A stretch of 5,003 bases of DNA, taken from assembly GCF_006345805.1 (NCBI RefSeq), contig NW_021830255.1, positions 1 through 5,003 of the forward strand, read 5' to 3'. This DNA comes from Octopus sinensis (lineage: Eukaryota). Both the position numbers and the translations under genes were made by a program. Below, one piece after another: positions 1 through 4,947 of this stretch (the first letter of the stretch is position 1; the number at the start of each line of letters is the position of its first letter). The notes beneath the pieces are model-generated. The model was not told where the DNA came from. It saw only the letters and a program-made list of their open reading frames with translations, and ran no database searches.

Positions 1-22
1 TCAATCCATCTTCTCGAATTAA

Positions 23-129
23 AATTTATATATGTGTGTATGTGTGCACGTATTTATATGTATATATGTAAATATGTATACATATATATACATATATACA
101 CATATATGCATATATATATATATATAATA

Positions 130-195
<66 letters not shown>

Positions 196-442
196 ATATG
201 TAATATATACATTACACATATATACATATAATATATACCTATATACATACACATTACATATATAGATACATATATATATACATACATAAACATATATATA
301 TATACATATAAATATATATATGTATATATATATGTATATTGTATATATATATATGTATATGTGTATATATATATAATATATATATATATATTTCTTTATA
401 TATATTTTATATCGTGTGTGTGTTTGTGTGTTTGTGTGTGTG
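23..442. repeat. Compound, partly decayed (TA)n microsatellite with TG/CA variants, ending in a (GT)n-rich tract
   Basis: Seen directly: pure (AT)31 at 132-193, flanked by TATG/TACA-interrupted TA repeats; GT-rich tract at about 414-442. It generates the spurious YI-repeat ORFs. Confidence 0.97.
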
Positions 443-680
443 CCGCAATCTAGACCATTTACTCCCAATATTTGTCTGTTTCATTATGTATTTATTATTC
501 ACTACTAAATGCGACATGCGTAAGCCGTAACTAATCCATCCATCAACCATCGTAACATGTGAACAAGTCGATGTCTGTTTGTGACTCACTTAAATTGCGT
601 CTGAGCTGATAACTTAATTGAAGCTGACATGTGAAGCTGGTTGGCTGGGATATAATTTATTATCGCGTGCCGCTACTAAT

Positions 681-840
681 GGCGATGGATTCTGCAGAAT
701 TGACAGAATTGATAAAAGTGATTGGCAATAGACATTGCGGTATAGCTTTACTTTCCACGTTCAAATCCCCACGAGGTTAATGGTGCCTTTTAACATTCTG
801 GGGTCGCTAAAATAAAATACCAGTTTGGATCGATATGATA
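681..840 (+). mobile_element. Old, degenerate copy of tRNA-derived SINE family 1
   Basis: Collinear by eye with the young copy at 857: GGCGATGG...GCAGAATTG head, GCGGTAT, B-box-like GTTCAAATCCC, GAGGT...GCCTTTT...GGGGTCGCTAAAATAAAATACCAG. It has a tandem 9-bp duplication (CAGAATTGA, 695-703 and 704-712) and has lost GTTCTGA before the B box. Confidence 0.65.
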
Positions 841-856
841 TTATAAGGGTATTTCA

Positions 857-1088
857 AGGCGGTGAGCTGGCGGAAACGTTAGCATGCCGGGCGAAATGCT
901 TAGCGGTATTTCGTCTGCCGCTACGTTCTGAGTTCAAATTCCGCCGAGGTCGACTTTGTCTTTCCTCCTTTCGGGGTCGATAAATTAAGTACCAGTTACA
1001 CACTGGAGTCGATGTAATCGACTTAATCCGTTTGTCTCTCCCTGTTTGTCCTCTCTGTGTTTAGCCCCTTGTGGGCAGTAAAGAAATA
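857..1088 (+). mobile_element. Full-length, young tRNA-derived SINE (family 1, tail type A); possibly an octopus OR1/OR2-type SINE
   Basis: A-box-like TGGCGGAAACG (868-878), B box GAGTTCAAATTCC (930-942), CpG-rich body, hairpins CCAGT-TACAC-ACTGG (992-1006) and GTCGAT-GTA-ATCGAC (1008-1022), tail ending AGTAAAGAAATA. Five other homologous copies lie in the window. The family name is from memory and unverified. Confidence 0.9.
868..942 (+). promoter_or_regulatory. Internal RNA polymerase III type-2 promoter (A box and B box) of the SINE
   Basis: A-box-like 868-878 (partial match to TRGCNNAGYGG) and B box matching GTTCRANNC within 930-942, with tRNA-like spacing. Confidence 0.7.
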
Positions 1089-1456
1089 GGTATTTCGTCT
1101 GTTTTTACGTTCTGAGTTCAAATTCCGCCGAGGTCGACTTTCCCTTTCCTCCTTTCGGGGTCGATTAAATAAGTACCAGTTACACACTGGGGTGGAAATA
1201 ATCGACTTAATCCGTTTGTCTGTCCTTGTTTGTCCCCTCTGTGTTTAGCCCCTTGTGGTCAGTAAAGAAATAGGTATTTCGTCTGTTTTTACGTTCTGAG
1301 TTCAAATTCCGCCGAGGTCGACTTTGCCTTTCGTCCTTTCGGGGTCGATTAAATAAGTACCAGTTACACACTGAGGTGGAAATAATCGACTTAATCCGTT
1401 TGTCTGTCCTTGTTTGTCCCCTCTGTGTTTAGCCCCTTGTGGGTAGTAAAGAAATA
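905..1456 (+). repeat. Head-to-tail tandem array of 3 x 184-bp SINE units (905-1088, 1089-1272, 1273-1456)
   Basis: Exact 184-bp period starting at GGTATTTCGTCTG. Manual comparison: unit 2 vs 3 has 5 mismatches in 184; unit 1 vs 2 has 16 in 184; no indels. Units 2 and 3 lack the A box. Confidence 0.97.
1102..1106 (+). terminator. Candidate Pol III terminator (T5) just downstream of the intact SINE monomer; repeated at 1286-1290
   Basis: First run of 4 or more T downstream of the promoter at 868-942; the monomer 857-1088 contains no T4. Confidence 0.45.
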
Positions 1457-1560
1457 AGAATCGTTAGCACGCCGATCAAAGCACTTGCCGACATTTCGTT
1501 CGTCTGCACGTTCTGAGTTCAAATTCCAGCGAAGTTGTGTTCGCTTTTCATCGTTTCGTC
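1457..1560 (+). mobile_element. Older, diverged fragment of SINE family 1 (from the A-box region to the start of the core)
   Basis: AGAATCGTTAGCACGCCG...CATTTCGTTCGTCTGCACGTTCTGAGTTCAAATTCCAGCGAAGTT...GCTTTTCATCGTTTCG aligns to 874-975 with many substitutions. Confidence 0.85.
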
Positions 1561-2051
1561 CAAGTTCATCTCTCTGAAAATTGAAACATAATTCTGTCTT
1601 TTTTTTATGATATTAAAAATCTGATCCAATTTCTTTCAATTCGTTTTAATATTCTCCTTATGTGTATTGCACGAGAATTTATGAGAACTCAGTTATTCTT
1701 GCGAATTATTATGAATTGAATTTCGTTCCTGCCATCAGCTGGTTCCACTTCGCAAGAAATTGGTTCCTCCTTCATAAGATAAAATTTCTTCCTCGGCGGA
1801 GAGACTTTCTTCTTCGCATGAATTGTAATCTACCTTGCAACTCAATAACCCCTTTCTCTTTCTTTCCCTTTGGCTAGTTTACGTTAATTTTTTTTTAGGA
1901 AGTCTTCTTATCCTCATCGACCTTTTTTTAGGGTCCTCCCTCCTCATAAGTAGATGGGATTGTACTGTTATGAAGTGGTACTTCCTGGTCGTTCAGTGCT
2001 GGTTGTTGTAGTTACTGCTGTCGGTGACTCCCATTACTTTCGCCAGCTGAG

Positions 2052-2090
2052 GTTAGGTTTCATGATTTTTTTCTTTGTTAGGTTTCATGA
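2052..2090. repeat. 14-bp direct repeat GTTAGGTTTCATGA flanking an 11-bp T-rich filler
   Basis: Identical copies at 2052-2065 and 2077-2090; spacer TTTTTTTCTTT at 2066-2076. Confidence 0.9.
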
Positions 2091-2290
2091 CTCGTTCCTG
2101 GTAATAAGAATGCCTCAGTTTCATTAACCGACACACGAATAGCGCCTGGTGTCGTACTAGGATAGCAACAGCCTTTCTTTTACATTCTTTTACCGGTTTC
2201 AGCAAAGGGCTGGGGAGAAGGGCTGCTTTTTTTCTGTGCAGAGAACTTATAGATAGGTTTTGCTGTCACATATATCATAGCTGAAAGTTC

Positions 2291-2462
2291 GTGGAAGCGT
2301 GGTTAAGGTAATCGGTTCGCGATGGTAAGGTCGTGAGTTCGATTCCCGGCGGCGCGCTGAGTCCTTTATTTCACGTTGCTCTAGTCCGCTCAGCTGGAGA
2401 AATGAGTTGTGCCTATAATTCAAAGGGCCAGCCTCGTCACATTCTGTCTCACGCTGAATCTC
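2291..2462 (+). mobile_element. tRNA-derived SINE family 2, 3'-truncated and with small internal deletions
   Basis: tRNA-like head GTGGTTAAGG...GGTCGTGAGTTCGATTCCCGG with B box at 2335-2347. The body (CTTTATTTCACGTTGCTCTAGTCCGCTCAGCTGG...AATGAGT...CAAAGGGCCAGCCTCGTCAC...CACGCTGAATCTC) matches my recollection of an abundant octopus SINE and is unrelated to the family 1 body. Confidence 0.75.
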
Positions 2463-3013
2463 GCATATTACCACTCAATGCACGCCACTAGCCCAGAAAG
2501 AATATAAGAGACGTCATGACAAAATAGCAAGGATCGTCCATTTGACACTTTGCAACAATTATGGACTTGGCAGAGCAAAACAGTGTTACGAACATAAACC
2601 CGAAGGCATCATCGAAAATGATAATGCAAAGATCCTATGGGATTCTCTGATTCAGTGCAACAATGAGATAGAGAATAGGAAACCAGACATAGTGTTAATT
2701 GAGAAAGAAAACAAACGATGCTGGATCATAGATATAGCATGTCCAGCTGACATCAAGGTATGCGATAAGGAAGAAGCAGCTGTGGTCGATGAAAATGGTG
2801 ATAGTAGTAACAATAATTGTCAGAACCCTGGGAAGTACATGGAACAAATAGGGGCTGCAATGAGTGTGGTGGACTTGCAGAAAACAGCAGTGCTTGGAAC
2901 CGCTCGAATGCTCCGAATGGTGCTCGAAAAATAAGTGTTACCTTAGTTCACTGGTAGTGAACAGCTGACACTGTAGTACATCTCCAGCGATAGAAGCTGT
3001 GCAAAGACGATAG

Positions 3014-3014
<1 letters not shown>
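2463..3014 (+). mobile_element. 5'-truncated non-LTR retrotransposon with a restriction-like endonuclease, R4 clade (Dong/Rex6-like): 3' end of the ORF plus 3' UTR
   Basis: The frame from 2464 reads HITTQC (second half of a CCHC knuckle), then KRRHDKIARIVH (RHD motif), ENDNAKILWD, KPDIVLIEK...IIDIACP (PD..D nuclease motif) and LQKTAVLGTARMLR, stop at 2932-2934. A short UTR and (TAA)12 follow. These are characteristic R4-clade C-terminal motifs. Confidence 0.88.
2464..2934 (+). pseudogene. Defective C-terminal fragment of a retrotransposon ORF (zinc-knuckle remnant plus RLE endonuclease)
   Basis: Open frame 2458-2934 with no native start and no RT domain. The segment 2777-2833 has homology only in a shifted frame (QLWSMKMVIVVTIIVRTLG), and the KxxKY catalytic segment is missing. 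Confidence 0.85.

Positions 3015-3051
<37 letters not shown>
3015..3051. repeat. (TAA)12 microsatellite
   Basis: Perfect TAA x12 at 3015-3050 plus T, lying between the R4-like 3' end and the tail of the inverted SINE. Confidence 0.99.
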
Positions 3052-3263
3052 CCTTTCTACTGGAAGCAGAAGGCCTCAAATTTGTGGGAAGAGATTAAGT
3101 CAATTTCATCGACTCCAGTACGTAACTGGTACTTAATTAATCGACCCCGAAAGGATGAAAGGCAAAGACGACCTCGGCGGAATTTGAACTCAGAACATGA
3201 AGACGGACGAAATACCGTAAAGCATTTTGCCCGGTGTGCTAACGGTTCTGCCAGCTCACCACC
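3051..3263 (-). mobile_element. Full-length SINE family 1 with an alternative tail (type B), inverted
   Basis: Reverse complement reads GGTGGTGAGCTGGCAGAACCGTTAGC (A-box-like, 3243-3253), GAGTTCAAATTCC (B box, 3179-3191), the same core as 857-1028, then TCTTCCCACAAATTTGAGGCC...GTAGAAAGGA(TTA)n. Confidence 0.92.
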
Positions 3264-3330
3264 TAATAATGATAATAATAATAAAAGCAATAACAAGAGC
3301 AACGCCAATGATGATAATGACGATGATAAT
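3264..3330. repeat. Degenerate (AAT/GAT/AAC)n trinucleotide tract
   Basis: TAATAATGATAATAATAATAAAAGCAATAAC...GATGATAATGACGATGATAAT. Confidence 0.85.
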
Positions 3331-3465
3331 CTCCATATTTTCCGCAGAGATGACGGATCAATCAGAGTAATAGCAAAATGATCTCTCGAAAAACCTTCTT
3401 TCGTTTATTGTTGTTATTGTTGTTATAAAAGAGATGATCAAACAGAAGGTATTCTGGTGAAAATC

Positions 3466-3490
3466 CCTCTCTAGTTCTCTGACTCTCTGA

Positions 3491-3573
<83 letters not shown>

Positions 3574-3604
3574 TCCTCTCTCTCTCTCCCTCCTTTCTCT
3601 CTCC
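3466..3604. repeat. Compound (CT)n-(AT)n-(CT)n microsatellite
   Basis: CT-rich 3466-3531, pure AT repeat at about 3532-3571, degenerate CT tract 3572-3604. Confidence 0.97.
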
Positions 3605-4002
3605 TAGATCTTCATTATTTGATCGTTTGGTGTATTAATGACGACATTTTCAACATATTTGAATTTGCATTTCAAGAATTCTTCCATCAACAGAGTGTGT
3701 TTGTCATCAAACAACAAGTTTGTTAGAACTAAAGGTGAAATTATTAATGTTCGTTGTCCATTTCAAAGATATTATAAGAGACAGGACAACGTAATAAAGT
3801 TTCATGTTTGTCTCTCTGTGAAGATAAACCGTGTGCAAATGGTTGCCTCCGTTCAATAAAATAGGAAAGCCTGTTGCTTCAACGTTTTCATCTCTTTTTA
3901 GTTTTTTTTCTTCCTGTAAATGCATTGTCTTGTCTTTATCTTTTGCGTTTTACTTGTTTCAGTCATAGCGTTGAAATGATTCGAACTTAGACTCCGATGT
4001 CT

Positions 4003-4260
4003 TTACGAGTGACCGAATATTCCACCTATTGCATCATGATCTGAAAAGTAGGATTTTGTTTCTACCCTGATGATGGAGGCTCGATTTATCCAGTTGTATT
4101 TGCTTCCATAACTGGTTGCATATTTTGTTAAACTGCATCTACCAACATTATAATGGACCTCTGAGCTCCCAGAAACAGCTCTTGAATACGTTACTTACTC
4201 CCCTTTAATTTTCTCGTTCCCTTGTATTTTATTTTAATCCTATAAACGGCCACCCACATT
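4003..4260 (-). mobile_element. Possible decayed AP-endonuclease-like (EEP fold) domain from a Helentron or LINE
   Basis: Minus-strand motifs in the expected order across frameshifts: VAVYR (4238-4252), IIMLVD-[4-nt insert]-FN (4127-4154, compare IIxGDFN), YFSDHDAI (4027-4050), stop at 4003-4005. The GDFN-to-SDH spacing is shorter than usual. Confidence 0.42.
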
Positions 4261-4319
4261 TAAATGTAGACTGCTCCACATCTTAGAGCGTGCTTCCGGA
4301 TTTATGTTTCTACAAACTG

Positions 4320-4400
4320 GATATATATATATATATATCTATATTATATTATATATATAATATATATATTATATATATATATATAATATATTATATATAT
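4320..4400. repeat. Interrupted (TA)n microsatellite
   Basis: Nearly pure A/T alternating tract with occasional TT/AA interruptions. Confidence 0.95.
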
Positions 4401-4627
4401 AAAACGTTATCAAGCCAAGCTGTTATATTCAATTTATTTATCTGATTATTGTATATTGTATCGCTAAATCCACAAATTTCTTTTAATTCTCTCTGTTTAT
4501 TTTATCGAATCCTTTCTGTTGAAGAGCGTAGGCTCGAAACGTAAAACACTTTCTCACTTTCTTCCCGAGAGTCAAACTAATACACCCACATGTTGTATTT
4601 ACACTGGTCTTTTTTTGTTTTTCCGTG

Positions 4628-4630
<3 letters not shown>
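4399..4630 (+). mobile_element. Penelope-like element 3' fragment A: last codons of GIY-YIG plus pseudo-LTR region with a hammerhead-like motif
   Basis: 4399-4422 encodes IKRYQAKL (compare the PLE C-terminal IKxxxPxLN), followed by a T-rich UTR containing CTGTTGA-A-GAGC-GTAG-GCTC-GAAACGTA. Bounded by (TA)n on both sides. Confidence 0.7.
4513..4546 (+). ncRNA. Minimal type-I hammerhead-ribozyme-like motif (PLE type), variant or degenerate
   Basis: Stem I TTT(4513-15)/AAA(4544-46); core CUG-U-U-GA (4516-22, U at position 6 instead of A); bulged A; stem II GAGC/GUAG/GCUC (4524-35); GAA; palindromic ACGU stem III (4539-42); H17 = A4543. Confidence 0.6.

Positions 4631-4672
<42 letters not shown>
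4631..4672. repeat. (TA)21 microsatellite
   Basis: Perfect TA repeat between two converging PLE fragments. Confidence 0.99.
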
Positions 4673-4674
<2 letters not shown>

Positions 4675-4675
4675 T

Positions 4676-4947
4676 ATACGTCATACTTGTGGTGTGTGCT
4701 AGTGTTCCATTCCAGTTTCCTATTCAGGCTAGGTTTATCTTCTTTATGAGTGTAGCTTCTGTAATTTTCTGATTGTTGTATCTGTTCTATGTGTGGACAA
4801 GATTTAACTTCTATGGTGTTGATTGATCCCCCGTGTTTCTGTTCGGCGTGTTTGGTACAGAATCGATGAGCTTTTACCTTCCTTAAGTTCTCTCTCAATG
4901 TTCATTTACCCGCTCTCCTATTGCTTTCGTGGGCCGTTTCCTACGTA
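4676..4947 (-). mobile_element. Penelope-like element fragment B: frameshifted C-terminal GIY-YIG endonuclease domain
   Basis: Joining frames on the minus strand gives YVG (from 4947), AIGERVNEH (4924-4898), RELKEGKSSSILY, KHAEQKHGG, IEVK, ILSTHRTDTTIRK, ITEATLI, KEDKPSLNRKLEW (last ten residues at 4736-4707). This matches the PLE pattern YxGET..RxxEH...H...H...RxxxEAxxI...PxLN.KxEW. Confidence 0.85.

Noticed and set aside
19-589. ORFs 19-468 (-), 54-293 (-), 339-530 (+) and 407-589 (-)
   Set aside because: YI/HT/VC-repeat translations arise because (TA)n and (TG)n tracts rarely contain stops; no protein-like content.
857-945. SINE heads (also 2291-2350 and 3175-3263) as tRNA genes
   Set aside because: A- and B-box-like motifs are present, but I could not fold a cloverleaf with acceptor and anticodon stems, and each head runs into a SINE body.
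905-1456. Regular repeats as a CRISPR array or as a retrozyme array
   Set aside because: Units are contiguous 184-bp SINE bodies with no unique spacers and no cas genes. I found no CUGANGA/GAAA hammerhead core in the unit.
1662-1877. 71-aa + strand ORF
   Set aside because: No motif and no canonical start context; any coding-like signal is on the opposite strand.
2052-2083. TTAGG motifs as telomeric repeats
   Set aside because: Only two isolated occurrences, both explained by the 14-bp duplication.
2247-2474. 75-aa minus-strand ORF
   Set aside because: Antisense to SINE family 2; chance open frame.
2542-2934. 130-aa ORF as a functional or domesticated nuclease gene
   Set aside because: Starts at TTG inside a truncated retrotransposon, has an out-of-frame internal segment and lacks the catalytic-lysine region.
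3057-3381. ORFs 3057-3308 (-, signal-peptide-like poly-Leu) and 3082-3381 (+, Asn/Asp-rich)
   Set aside because: Poly-Leu and poly-Asn come from the (AAT)n tract, and the rest is translated SINE sequence.
3340-3452. Possible exon between TTTCCGCAG and AAG/GTATTC
   Set aside because: Stops occur in all three frames within the interval, and such splice-like motifs are common by chance.
3945-3966. TTTTACTTGTTTCAGTCAT, similar to the end of another abundant octopus repeat I recall
   Set aside because: Only about 20 bp, the expected continuation is absent, and the match rests on memory.
4519-4898. ORFs 4519-4749 (+) and 4599-4898 (-) as genes
   Set aside because: Both run through (TA)21. The minus ORF is a patchwork of in-frame and out-of-frame pieces of a decayed PLE GIY-YIG domain.
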